A stretch of 64,000 nucleotides of DNA. It comes from Marsupella aquatica (lineage: Eukaryota > Plantae > Marchantiophyta). The notes under the pieces are model-generated. The model had not been told where the DNA came from, ran no database searches, and saw only the letters and a program-made list of their open reading frames with translations. How positions within the stretch are numbered: position 1 is the stretch's first letter; each line of letters starts with the position of its first letter. The stretch spans positions 19,541,869 through 19,605,868 of the forward strand of contig OZ316892.1 in NCBI GenBank assembly GCA_973895155.1, read 5' to 3'. Both the position numbers and the translations under genes were made by a program. Below, piece by piece: positions 1-11,900 of the stretch.

Positions 1-282
1 GAGCTCAAGGAACACTTCGACGAGGAACTCTCCAAACAGCGCTCTGCATTGGAGGGGGAGAGGAAACTACGTGAAGATCAATTTGCTGCGGAGAGGATTG
101 CACGGGAACGGGAATTCGCAGAACAAACGAAGGTTCGTGACGCAGAGCTCACAGCCGCAAAAAAGGCCATCGAGGCCGCCAGTTACAGATTGAATCTCGC
201 TATACTCTCAATTGGCGCTGTCCTCACACTTTTCGTCGTATTACTTGTTCTTATATTCTCAGTTCTCGCCGAGATCTTTTAA
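1..282 (+). CDS. 3' end of a gene: coiled-coil protein with a C-terminal transmembrane anchor (partial, starts before the window)
   Basis: Frame 1 is open from base 1 (ELKEHFDEELSKQRSALEGERKLREDQFAAERIARERE...) to TAA at 280-282. An E/R/K/A-rich heptad-like stretch is followed by a hydrophobic tail (LNLAILSIGAVLTLFVVLLVLIFSVL). Confidence 0.6.
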   Translation, partial: ELKEHFDEELSKQRSALEGERKLREDQFAAERIAREREFAEQTKVRDAELTAAKKAIEAASYRLNLAILSIGAVLTLFVVLLVLIFSVLAEIF

Positions 283-404
283 GTTGATACCCGGTTTATT
301 ACTATGTTCGAAATTGTCGCTATAGTCACAGACTGGTTATAATCTAAGTGGCGAATGGCGCTTTACTTGAGAACACTAGTGAGTAGTTTCTGCAGTCATG
401 ACCT

Positions 405-670
405 GTGACATTTATGAGCTGTGACAAGTCGATGTACGAACCATTGTTGTCAAAGTTTGCATCCAGATCGCCAATCAGTTTGTCTGGAAAGTGACATTTA
501 TGAGCTGTGACAAGTCGATGTATGAACCAAATATTGTCAAAGTTTGCATCCAGATCGCCAATCAGTTTTGTCAGGAAGGTGACATGTTCAGCTGAGTGTG
601 ACAAGTCGATATATGAACCAAATATTGTCGAAGTTTGCATCCAGATCGCCAATGAGTTTTGCCTGGAAAC
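405..670. repeat. Tandem repeat, 3 copies of about 86-90 bp
   Basis: The unit gtgaca...gtgacaagtcgat..gaacca...ttgtcaaagtttgcatccagatcgccaatcagttt recurs, starting at about 405, 491 and 579. Confidence 0.9.
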
Positions 671-1236
671 ATATGGGAAAACTTTAAGAGCTGCAATTTG
701 CAACGGTAACCACCACCACACCAACTTGTCTTAACCAAGAAGTACCCAACATTCAAAATGACACATCGGTAAATCATAATATAATCACATTACAGCTTAA
801 GATTACGCCAGTCAGTGATGGCTCGAAACTGAAATTGAAACAAGGTCTCTACACTTTATCAGCGCCTAGATCTCAAACCACTGTTCTACGTCCTATCAAC
901 TGGTGCATGGATTCAGTGGTAAACTCAAATTAAGCTTGCACGTTTTACTTTAGCAAAATACGCTTAAGCTGACTATTTGCGACTTCTGCTATAGTGATCT
1001 AGTCTACTGAGGAACAAAAACTCGTATGCCTTCAAAATTAGAAACTGGGATTGGATGCTACAAAAGAGCCGGATAAACGAAATGTGGAAGGTAAGAAATT
1101 AATTAACATAATTAACTCTCGTCATCCAAAGACCAACTGCGTGGATACTATGCAAACAAAAGTGTTGGTGTCGTCCTCCTAATCCTCTTAAACAGGCTGT
1201 GGGGAGGAAGTAATTCTTTTGTGGTGAAGTACTTCA

Positions 1237-2364
1237 TCACCAGTATACTTCACCAGCAGACTTCTTGAGAAGGTACTCTTGACATTCCTCTGGACACGGC
1301 CGTTTTTTATCAAGCTCGTTCCAGCAAGAGAGGATATCCTCTCTGAGAGCAGCTTCAATTTCATCACGACTTTGCGTTTTTGTTTCTTCAGCCTTTGCTT
1401 GATTTGCCTTTTTGGTCAGCTTCCTTGTGCTCCTCTTCTGTCGTCTCTCTACACTATCTGTCAGAACACATCTCCAATCGTCTCCGACTCCAGTCTGCTT
1501 CCACTTCATGTAAGATGTCAGACGGGCCATCTTTTCAACTAATTGTTTTAATCGATTGGACCTGTTTCCTTTCTCCTTCACATCTTTCAAGTCGAGCTTC
1601 TCAAGATCGATCGCTTTCCTTTTACCCTTGGGTCGGCCCCTTGATCTACGGAGCGGCTCTGCTGCTTCAACAGTTGGATGGCTGACAGGACTGCCCGCAC
1701 TATCCTGACTAGCTTGGTTAGATGTGGCAAGGTGCCCAACCAAATCCCCGTGGGTAGAGTGGCGGAGACTCCCACCACTGTCATCTTCAGATTCACATTT
1801 GGCGTCGTTATATCGGATGGGAACACTTTGCAAGGGAGTTCCTATCAGCGCTGGAGGGCTCTCGGTTTTGGGCTTTCTTTCACGCTCGTTTTTAGAGTCT
1901 TTGAAGAGAGCAATTCTTCTATGCACACCCGTTTGCTTCTTGACAGGTGGACAATTCCCATAGTAAGCCTTCAACGATGAATATATGTCTCTGTCTTTTT
2001 CTTCACTGACACTCTTTTCGGAAGCATCCTTCCTCCAGAACTTGAAATGCCTATTCAGCTCCCAGAACTTGTATTGGCAGTTGTTGGGCGTTTTACCTGC
2101 ATCGCGTGGGGAAGCTTCATGAAGAAATGCCGCAACATAGTCCCACTTTGTCCTCTCGTTTTCCTTTCCTATTAGGAGTTCCTTTTCTAGGATTTTCTGC
2201 TCCACGTCCCCGACGATGTTGATGAGTAGAACGGCGCTCTGCGTCGACCAGCTCGTCTTGGTCGTGGTGGGCGGCGGAGTCCTGTTCTGCATTTTCGTGA
2301 GCTCCAAAAAATTATTCACTCGCTGGTGTTGCTTATTCTCTTCTCCACTCCCGGCGGCTAACAT
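1237..2364 (-). CDS. Myb/SANT-like (trihelix-type) DNA-binding protein with an AT-hook, single exon
   Basis: 375-aa ORF. The pattern W-S-x-x-x-A-V-L-L-I...KWDYVAAFL...KTPNNCQYKFWELNRHFK matches the trihelix/Myb-SANT consensus. RRSRGRPKGKRK is an AT-hook core. The C-terminus is basic and coiled-coil-like. Alternative start ATG at 2292. Confidence 0.75.
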   Translation of the reverse strand: MLAAGSGEENKQHQRVNNFLELTKMQNRTPPPTTTKTSWSTQSAVLLINIVGDVEQKILEKELLIGKENERTKWDYVAAFLHEASPRDAGKTPNNCQYKFWELNRHFKFWRKDASEKSVSEEKDRDIYSSLKAYYGNCPPVKKQTGVHRRIALFKDSKNERERKPKTESPPALIGTPLQSVPIRYNDAKCESEDDSGGSLRHSTHGDLVGHLATSNQASQDSAGSPVSHPTVEAAEPLRRSRGRPKGKRKAIDLEKLDLKDVKEKGNRSNRLKQLVEKMARLTSYMKWKQTGVGDDWRCVLTDSVERRQKRSTRKLTKKANQAKAEETKTQSRDEIEAALREDILSCWNELDKKRPCPEECQEYLLKKSAGEVYW

Positions 2365-5300
2365 CCACTCTCGCAGCCACTGTCAGCCCCACGATCCCTG
2401 CGGTATATATCCTCAAGACGTCAGAATGACAGAGTTGATGAGGTGCGATGCCCATCTCGTCCAACTCAAGGTTACTGCATCTCCTCTCCCCGAGAACCTG
2501 CATTCCACAACTACAATATGTCAATGCGTATGTCACGTTGTCAGCCGAGGCAGATAAAACTAGCCAGCCCACACTCAGCCAACTGCAATGAGAACTGGGC
2601 AGGCCCACAACGCATGGATTCCCAGGGACCACATCCGGCACACCATGGTGTCCATGCTCAAGGGAGAGATCTCCAACGATGGGAGATGTAACGCAATTCA
2701 GAAGCTGAGACAAAATCCCATGTCTAATCCCACGCATATATACGCACTGTGGTCATGAAAAAGAGATTAGGAATATGATTGCATGCTCTATTTGGGCGGG
2801 TCAAATTTAGAAAGGGCAAACCGGGACAATGTGGGAAGTTAGCTGAACTTGTCGATAGCATCTCCCTAACGACCCCATGTTCTTGTTCGGGAGATTTCAA
2901 TCGATCTTCAGCATACAAGCATCACAGTGGATGAGTAAAAGACTCTTGAGTAAGCCACCACGAGCGTACCTGTAGACGATAGATTTGCTTGTTATGGTAA
3001 ATTTTTCTGGGGTACATCGAGCCGAAAAATCAGGGTCAACCGTGGAGTCAGTAGCGAATTGAGTAGACCTTGCCTCGATCTCTTCTTCCTTCTCGTTATC
3101 AAAATCTTTCCTGCGACACAATTGAGGTGATTTAGGCTTTCAGGAGATTAAAGAAGTTGCGGATGAGAACTACGTTTGATGATGTCCCACTGAGAATGAG
3201 AACGCCGACGTCAGACGACTAGAGTACTCCGTTTCGAGGTCATTCATGCTAGGGAAGGGGAACTTACTGTCAGAGACGCTCGCTATCGAGAGAGGCCCAC
3301 AATGGAAGATAGTGACGGAATACACTTCTCGAGCTGTACACCACGCAAACTGCGCTTCTCAATGAAGAGGCCAGGCCACCATCAACAAGAGCTCGACCCC
3401 GCGGAATTCTCTCTTCCCGACATCAGTGATCACGGAGACAATCAATCTCGACGGCAATGCTCACAAACTTCAGCAGCTTTAAGTAAAATGTCTTAAGGTT
3501 CATTAGTTTATATATCAGACAGTTGCGGAAACCTCGAGAACTCCGCGATCCAGCAGTACTTGCACATTTCCCCAACGAACCGCTGGCTCGATCCCTGAGC
3601 TACAGCGGGTTACCGTAGTAGTACTACCATTCCTGCTGCAGCAAAATTGCAGGTCTGACCCTGTTATGCAACTAATAATGCAATGCGCACCGTGTCGTTT
3701 CACACCGGTGAGCCTGTCTGTCCTCCGCCATTTCTTACCTTCCTACAGACGACACCTCGATCACAACTGTACGCATGGGCCGGAAGTAGAGTACGTGGTA
3801 CGCGGCTTGAGAATTTGATTGGTTCCGGAGGAAAACTGGCTCGTCCAGGTACACACTCGAAACAATCTTTCTCTCCTGGCTAGCTAACTGATCTAGGTGA
3901 GCGCCGTCTCGATCAGTACCATGGACATTGGGCGACCACTTCTTGTCTTCGTTGACAGCTCTCAGACCAGGACTGTCTGGTGCCTCGACATTACCAGTCC
4001 TGTCGATCCACTGCTTCAGTGCTCAAATAGATATACCTTTCTCCTCAAGGAATTGTCATCAGAGCGCAGCCAACAGCATATGTGTGTCCCGTACGTCCGC
4101 CAATTAGCTGTGAAGCTCCAGTCAGGAACATAAATGCCTCTCTTAATTCTGTCTCTCGAGTGCTCTGCCCCGTGATCACCTCTTTTGCTGGCCTCGAATC
4201 GGTATAAATTCTCACGAGAAAGTTTGTACAAGAAATCCTTCTGAAGTCTTGAAGTTATTTTGCCTACTGCCATAATGATCAATGAAGATCGATTTTACCG
4301 GTGGCATAGGATCCTCTTTTCTTGAGTGGCTCGTATCCTGCTGGAATAATGGGACTTTCATCTTTCTTCCATTTCCTCCTGTATCTGTTTTCATGTTTCC
4401 CATCTTTCTGAAGAAGGAAAGAAATAGCCACCATCTTCGTTCTCTTCTTCCGTCTCCTTTACACATATATACATATTTTGTCTCGAAAGCAACTTTCTAT
4501 ACCTCTCTAATGTGCAATGGCTGAAAAGAAGCTGAACGACCTCTAGTTGCCAAAATACTCCCATCTAATGGATGGATCCCAGATTACTCACAATGTTACA
4601 AAGAATATTCTCAATAAGCCCATCAGGTTACTTAGTTTCTATCTACCCTCGATGATTGGGGGCATCATTTTCCACCCTGCTTCTTCTTTGATCTACCTCA
4701 AAAATATGCACACTATGTCCTAAATGCAACTGCCCCTTACTTTTTAATGACAAATGTTTAGTAACGAACTGACTGACAGAGTAAAGCAGGTTCTAGGGAC
4801 AAAGTAATGAGTTTTTCAACTGCACACATTGAGGGAGATAACTTGTCCTCCGACATGGTGTTTGGGGGACAAATGTCCCAAGTATACTAAAATTCAAATA
4901 TAGTGGGATTGCTATAAAAAGTCGCATTCCTTGCTGTCCAAACATAGATATATCTTGATTATTGAGAAGCCGATTGAGAAGCTTACTCATAATTTTGATT
5001 CGATCTAATAACCATGCTGCTACACTTAAGACAAATGTGATTTGTACTCATATTCAAATTGAGGCTATTTCATAACAATATTTCAATACTTATAATTCTG
5101 TTCTTTTTCAAGAAAAATATTATCTTCCATGAACGTGTATTAGCAATGCCATGAACTATTTTCTTAAAATGTTCCTTACTCTGGGAATAATTCAACCATG
5201 AGTGTAGCCTCGGCAATGTTAAGTGAACATGATTATATTGTACTCGGATGTTCACAACTACAGTAGACGTCTACCTCTATCAATTTGCTCCAGGATTTCA

Positions 5301-5966
5301 GCTGATCCTAATAACCACATCATAAGAGTGGCATTATCTCTGAAAGAAAAAAAAAGAGTGGCAGCATGATTTAGATGTAAACAATCCAAAACAAAGTGAC
5401 AAATGGTTGGTGGCGAAGAACGAACCTCTATAAAGTCCTTAAGGAGAAGTGAAATGGGTTCATTGATCTTAATTAGCTTTCATTGCCTCAAGCTTCCGCA
5501 AACTACGGTACATGCGTACCATAAACATGGGTGTGATAATGTTTTCCAAGATTGTATTTGATAATTTTAAGTTTGTTTGTCATAACACTGATTACATGAA
5601 TTCCAGGATTGTTTCTCATGATCTGGGTGGAGTGCAGCAAAATCCTCTTTCTATGGGATTTCTACTCATATAGTACACTCAGACATGTAGACAGTACAGA
5701 TTTACAAAGATGAGTGAATGTGACAAAAGGACTAGACAATGATCTTTGAAAATTTATGGGCCTCTCAATCTCAGTAAAATTTGACCATATGAGGCATTGA
5801 AAAGATCTTTCCAGGCAGTTTCTAATAAACCCAAGAAAATAAGATTCCATTGGATATCAAGTGAGATACTAAGTGTCAAAGTCAAGCTTGAAGTGGAGTA
5901 GTCTGTGATGAAATGTTCTTTAGAAATTCATTACTCCCTCAATTCCTCACAACGTCAGAGATATTA

Positions 5967-6392
5967 GAGTATCTCCAACAATATGGTCAAATGAGACTCT
6001 CACCTCTAAAAAGATCATAGAGGGACTGATTTTGGAGGGATGGCCTCCTAACAATGGTCTTTATCCATAGATAAATGACAGCCAGCCTCCATTTTCACAA
6101 CCCTTCCTGTCATATTCACTAGAAATGGCAGCCAGGAGATAGACTTCTATCTTGGCCTCTATTCCTTTCTAAATCAAAGATTTTACCACATGTCACAAGA
6201 TCTAGATATCCTTCAGTTGAGATTTTAAACTTAGCTATGACAACACATAACTTTGGAGCAGATATAGATTCACTTGCAAAACGTTCCTTGCTCCTTGAAT
6301 CCAATATGGTGACTTGTAATTTCTAGGCCTTCAAATGATTGGCTAGATTTTGGGTGTAAAGATCATTGACCATTGAACCATTGGAGATCCCT
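5967..6392. mobile_element. Tourist-like (PIF/Harbinger) MITE, about 426 bp
   Basis: Termini are GAGTATCTCCAA and TTGGAGATCCCT (Tourist-type ATCTCCAA core), with subterminal atggtcaa/ttgaccat. TTA flanks both ends (5964-5966 and 6393-6395). Confidence 0.7.
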
Positions 6393-7420
6393 TTAGAGTA
6401 CTTGGAAAGACCTTTTCAAGCAGCCTTTAATGAGCCACATAAGAGCCAATTTGGCTCTATAGATAGGGAGATATTGAGGGTCAAACTTTTAGTTTATTTT
6501 AGGAAAAGTTAGAGAGCTGTAAATGAATGAAATGTAATAGGTGCAGGTGTTGCATAGGTTAGGGCATTATCCATGGGAGCATCACATTCCAAAATATTTA
6601 ATATCCTTAATATAGTATTTTTATTCAGTCTTATTCATTTTCAATATACAGATAGCCATTATGTTGGGACCAATGATATGAGAAATTGCTGCCAGGATGG
6701 ACCACTCTGTTGGACGCAGTGCTCCTGTGGGCCACATATTTGTTGTCCATGGGAGTTGGAGCCCATAAGTTGATGATTTTGAGTAGTAAAGTAATTTTTA
6801 GTTTCATATTGATTTATTACAATGAAAGTTGCTCTTTTAAAATTGACCCCTGTGCCAATCTCTGATTAAATACTTAACCAATTTGGCCAGAAATTCACCC
6901 TAACTTAGTTGAAAAGCTCGCCTCTAGCATATCGTCTACAACTATAAAAAAAACTTTATGATCAAGTTTATAAATTTAAACTTAAATTTAGGAAAATGTG
7001 GTCCATGGGAGTTTCAAAGACCAACCTAGTGGTCCATGGGCGGCTTCGAATTCATGATACGAAGTTACAAACGTTAACCTGGAGTTCTTGGAGTGGGTAC
7101 AGGAAAGCGTGGTCGGTCGACAGAGAACCAGGAGTGAAAGACAATACAGTAATGGTTTTAATTAGGCAAATGTAAGTGCTTTAGGTGAGTACAGTACTGT
7201 TTTCTACAGCACCGGTGGCCGGGTGGCGCCACTAGTCCACGCTTTCTCGTGCAGTGCACTAAACTGAAAGATCGATTCGCTAATAATTGATCTGCGCCAA
7301 GTGCACCGTCGGACCTAGAATCCAAGGGCCAAGACTCTCTCTGAGCAGCTTCGACTCCCAAGAGCGGATCAGAAGCGAGGGAGTCGCGCTTAGACCTGTT
7401 TGGGGTCAGACTCATCATTT

Positions 7421-8630
7421 GGTGTTTCCGGCAAGTGAGCTCAATGAACTCTACTTTACACACAGGTCCCTTTGGTGACCGGTAAGTGAGCTCAATGAAC
7501 TCTACTTTACACACACACAAGTCCATTTGATGACTGGTAAGTGAGGGGCGCTTTACAAGAAGGATTGGATGGAAAGTACCTGATGGACAGTAGTAATTTT
7601 CCCAGATCAAATTGAGTTTGCCTCAAATTGTTAGTAATTTTCCCAGGACCAAATTGAGTTTGGGTAAAATAGAGGAACATTCCTGATGGACAAAAGTCTT
7701 TTTTGCAGACCACATCAAGTTGCCATTTTAGCCTAAAATCAAGGCTTCCAGGCTTGAGACAAATAGAGGGGCCTTTGTGGGGCATGCCATCAATAATGTA
7801 CTCCAAGAGACCAGGCATAGAAAAGTTTAGACCACCTGGACCACCTTGCAAGGTGGTCGAAACTCTGGCCCAAAAAACTAGTGCACAGCCACAATCCAAC
7901 CTTTAATCATCGGGTCCGACCAACTGCCATGTAAGCTCTGGCAAACCAGAGCTGAATAGCCATCATAATTCTTCTACAGCCAAAGAACTACCAGTTACCC
8001 TAAACTAACCTGTCTAGAAAGAGAAGGTCTGTCTGGTACAGTAGTTCTTGTGAAGTGCCCCTCTACTTCATGAAGTCTAGTCTACACGCAGGTCCCTTTG
8101 CTGACTGGTAAGTGAGCTCACTATTTATTTACACACAGGACATTCCGGTGACCCCTAAGTCAGCTCAACGAAGTATGTTATTTACACACACTAAGGTTAT
8201 TCTGGTGACTGGTACATGAGCTCAACCAAGTCTACTGTTTACACACAGGTGGTTCTGGTGACCGGTAAGTGAGCTCAAACCAAGTCTACTATTTACACAC
8301 AGGACATTCTGGTGACCGGTAAGTGAGAGCTCAACCAAGTCTACTATTTACACACAGGACATTCTGGTGACAGGTAAGTGAGCTCAATCAAGTCTACTAT
8401 TTACACCCAGGTCATTGTGGTGACCGATAAGTGAGCTAAACCAAGTCTACTATTTACACACAGGTCATTCTGATGACCGTAAGTGAGCTCAACCAAGTCT
8501 ACTATTTACACCCAGGTCATTGTGGTGACCGGTAAGTGAGTTCAACCAAGTCCAGTTTGCACGCATATCCCTTTGGTGACCGATAAGTGAGCTCAATCAA
8601 CCAAGTCTACTTTACAAACAAACAGGTCCC
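7421..8630. repeat. Minisatellite of about 53 bp (about 13 copies) just upstream of the AMSH gene, split by a MITE
   Basis: Consensus ggtgaccggtaagtgagctcaaccaagtctactatttacacacaggacattct. About 3 copies lie at 7421-7545 and about 10 at 8085-8630. Confidence 0.92.
7543..8063. mobile_element. Non-autonomous TIR element (MITE), about 521 bp, inserted in the minisatellite
   Basis: GAGGGGCGCTTTACAAGAA (7543-7561) and TTCTTGTGAAGTGCCCCTC (8045-8063) are inverted complements at 17 of 19 positions. The minisatellite resumes on both sides. The TSD is not clear. Confidence 0.7.
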
Positions 8631-8774
8631 TGTGATCAGTGTCGGAACGAGCGAGCTTTGAAATTGGTCGGGCTTTCCACGAGGCTGTGGGTTTCGGCAA
8701 GCAAGCAAGCAAGCGTGTTGTGGAGGAGGAGGAAAAGGAGGAGCACATTGAAGAAGGTGGAGAAGCGGAAGCGA

Positions 8775-8796
8775 AGAGAGAGAGAGAGAGAGAGAG
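8775..8796. repeat. (GA)n microsatellite in the AMSH 5' leader
   Basis: Run of gagaga... about 200 bp upstream of the ATG at 8986. Confidence 0.9.
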
Positions 8797-8985
8797 CTTT
8801 GGGAGACGATTCGGAGGTCGATCGATGCCGAGGCCGGGAGGCTGGGAGAGGAAGGAGAAGAGGAAGGGAAGAAGAGGGAGGGAATTAGAGGACGACGTAG
8901 TAGCAGGGGCGGAGTTGTTAGTAGCGAGGCGAATTGATTGCATGTCGTGAGACCGCACAAGGCTGCCATCATCGCGTCCGTCACA

Positions 8986-11900
8986 ATGAGGGGCAACAAT
9001 GCGCTGGTCGTCTCGGAGAAGGCGAGCAGATTGCCTGTGGACCATCGCCTGGCGCTCAGGATCTACTACCGGGCGGCTGACAGCCTCCTCAGACAGGTGG
9101 CTGACTGTACCTTTTGTGGGTATTTATTTGATTGTTTCGGGAGCTGTCGATTGATTGGGAGATGGAGAGTGGGAGCCTGTCTGTGCGGCGATTTTGCCTC
9201 AGCCATGGGGTTGAGGTTGACTGAATTGTGTTTTTGAGGTTTATGCCGCTGGCGTTTGCGTTATGTTGGGAGAAAAGTTAGTGGAGTTGTGGAAAATTCT
9301 AAGGAAATTCACTCGTCCGTGTGTTTGTTGACATCCTGCAGGCGAGGATATATCGGAAGGAGAACAATCTAATAGATCTCTATGTCCTTCTATTGCGATT
9401 TTCAAGGTTAGTCCTGTTTCGGTTGCTGTTCGATAATTGCTCATTGCAGTTTGTCCACGGTTCATGACTATCAGCGACAGAATTCGGGCAGCTTCGTTCC
9501 GTGGAGAATCTCTGAATGATTGTCTCGTTTTTGCTTTGCAGCTTGGTCATGGAGACGATACCACAGCACCGGGATTATCGAACTTTCTTAGGGAGGGAGA
9601 AAACGGATTTTAGAAAGGTGCAAAACTTATCCATCGTTAGGTATCACTTGTTGATACCTTGTCCAATGTCGCCTGAGATGCTCATGTGATGGTTGTTGCA
9701 GATATCATCATGTTGTGGGTCATACACGCTGTTCTGACTCAACCATATCCGTTGGACACCCAAGTATATTAATATCTTTACTTGGACTCGTCTAGCTTGG
9801 TGCAGAGATTATTAGATGTTCTTAGTGAACTTGAAACACTGAAGCCTCTGGTTCGAAGTGAAGTTTCTCGGTACAATAATGTCTACGCACCGGCATCTAC
9901 ATCGTTGAACGATTTTCCTTCAAGTAACGCCTCGTTGGGAAGGAGTCACTCTCTTCCTAGGATTGTTCCTGTCAAGGTATGGTCGCCTATTTAATTTCAC
10001 TCTTACAGCCCTTTTCTAGCTCAGTGCTCTGTATTGTTACAGGATGTGGAGTGGTCTTATTATCTTCATTTCCTTGTTGCCAACATTTCGTTGGCTCATT
10101 CTACTTGACGACGTCTTCTGTATCTTTCACCGCTAAAGTTGGACGTCAGTCCACCTTTGGCGTTTTCTACTGTGAGAAAAACACATTAATCTGATGCGGG
10201 ACGGGGAAAGTGTGTGGTTATCAGGAGTCGTCACAAGCTGTGTCCAACTGGGAAGTACCTGTTAAGCCCAGCCATAATGATTCAAATAGACAAGATTATA
10301 CTTTTCAAGGAGATCTTAGTAGCAAGCCGGCTGATTCTGGGAGGCAAGCATATCCTCAATCTGACTACAGTTGGAATGGAGACCTTACCAGTCAGGCTGT
10401 TTCTTCCGGTGTACAGCGTTCCTCTCAAACTAGTTATAATGGCATAGGAGACCTAAATGGAGGACTTGTGGATTCAAGGAGTCAAGGGTATTCTCAAAGT
10501 GGTTACAGTTTATCTGGACAACCTAGCAGCAGACCTGTTTATTCAGGAGCACTTCTTCCCCCTTATTCTTCGCCAGCCTCTTCCACGCTCGAAGACCGGA
10601 TGAGCAAATTGTGAGTTCATCCACCAATCTGGCTCATCATTACGACATTAAGACTCCAGTCCGTGCAGCAGAGATGATCTTGAAAGACAGTAGTATGGTC
10701 GTAGACCCGACCAAGTGCTCATTTTCACATGATTGGTTAAAAAAATGCCAGCATGCTTGAAACCATGAATGTCGAGTGTAGATCATCACTGATTGAAAGC
10801 ACAGTTTTTCAATGCTCATTTTGAAAAAAGCCACATGGGATTAATACCTCAGCATTTGAGACGGTGCAAGGCAAGGGTTCTCCTTAAATGATGAATATAA
10901 TTATATTCCATGGTTTCCTTTGCAGATCTTTCAGCATACCCAAACCCACCAGTGACTCATTGTCAAGACATTCTTTCTTAGCCCCCACCGTGAGGGCAAC
11001 TGTGTCAAATGTATTGACCAGTAAGGTAAAATATCTTTGTGTGGGGGTAGTGGGGGGGGGGGGGCGGAAGGGAAGGGGGGCGTTCGTGTGATATCAAGGA
11101 GATATAAGCCTTGACGTTTGCTTTTTAGCTGTGAAATTTTTGTGACGAACCCTTCGATTCATGGAAATTGTACCAGAACTCTGTTTGGTGAGTAGCTTTT
11201 TCTCAAATCTGATATTTGCCAAAATGCCTTGCTGCAGGTTAAATATCCAAGCTTAATTGACTCATCGCCTACTCTAATACCAAGGTTGTTTAAGTACTGG
11301 AACTGCTGTTGCTTTTTTCTCGTTTAGGCTCTCCATACCCCCAAATCAAATTTGAACCTATGGAATACTGATTTCGTCAATGATTTGTGACTGTTTGTGA
11401 AGTCCGGACCAGAACTGGCATACCGCAGCACCTTGTGAACCAGTGAAGGCCATACCAGAGCCTGTTTTCTATAATGAGGCCGATATGATCAAATTTGAGG
11501 AGAAACACTCCAGCCTTGTCGACTCCGCTGTAGCTTTACACTCCCAATTAAACAGGCAACCATCTCCACCTCCTGTTGAAGCTGAAGTGTACCATGTGAC
11601 AGTGGCATCTCTTCCCTCTCACGAAAATGGATGCACAGGGGCCCACCTCTCTGATGCTTTGGCTCCTCCGGCTGTGCCGATGAAGTTTTCGGAAGATTCC
11701 GTGCAATCAAGAGAGCCCAAGCAACTGCATATTGTAAGAAATCCTGTTATATTGGCTATTTACTGGGTTGGCGCTTAATTTGTCCCAGCATGTGTGATGT
11801 TCATCATATTTCTGGATCAAATGATGACAGTGTAGCTTGTTGGAGCATTGTGTGCATGCATGAAGCTTCGTCTGAGAGATGATCCCTGATGGTAATTCTT

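Noticed and set aside
344-724. 126-aa minus-strand ORF with repeated KLIGDLDANFDN
   Set aside because: It is a by-product of a DNA tandem repeat whose unit lengths (86, 88 bp) are not multiples of 3.
8085-8630. CRISPR-like array
   Set aside because: The whole 53-bp unit repeats with no unique spacers, there are no cas genes, and the context is a eukaryotic intron-containing genome. It is a minisatellite.
8593-9045. ORFs spanning the AMSH leader (8593-9045 -, 8607-8999 -, 8639-8950 +)
   Set aside because: They are open frames produced by purine-rich, GA-repeat 5' UTR sequence and have no protein motifs.
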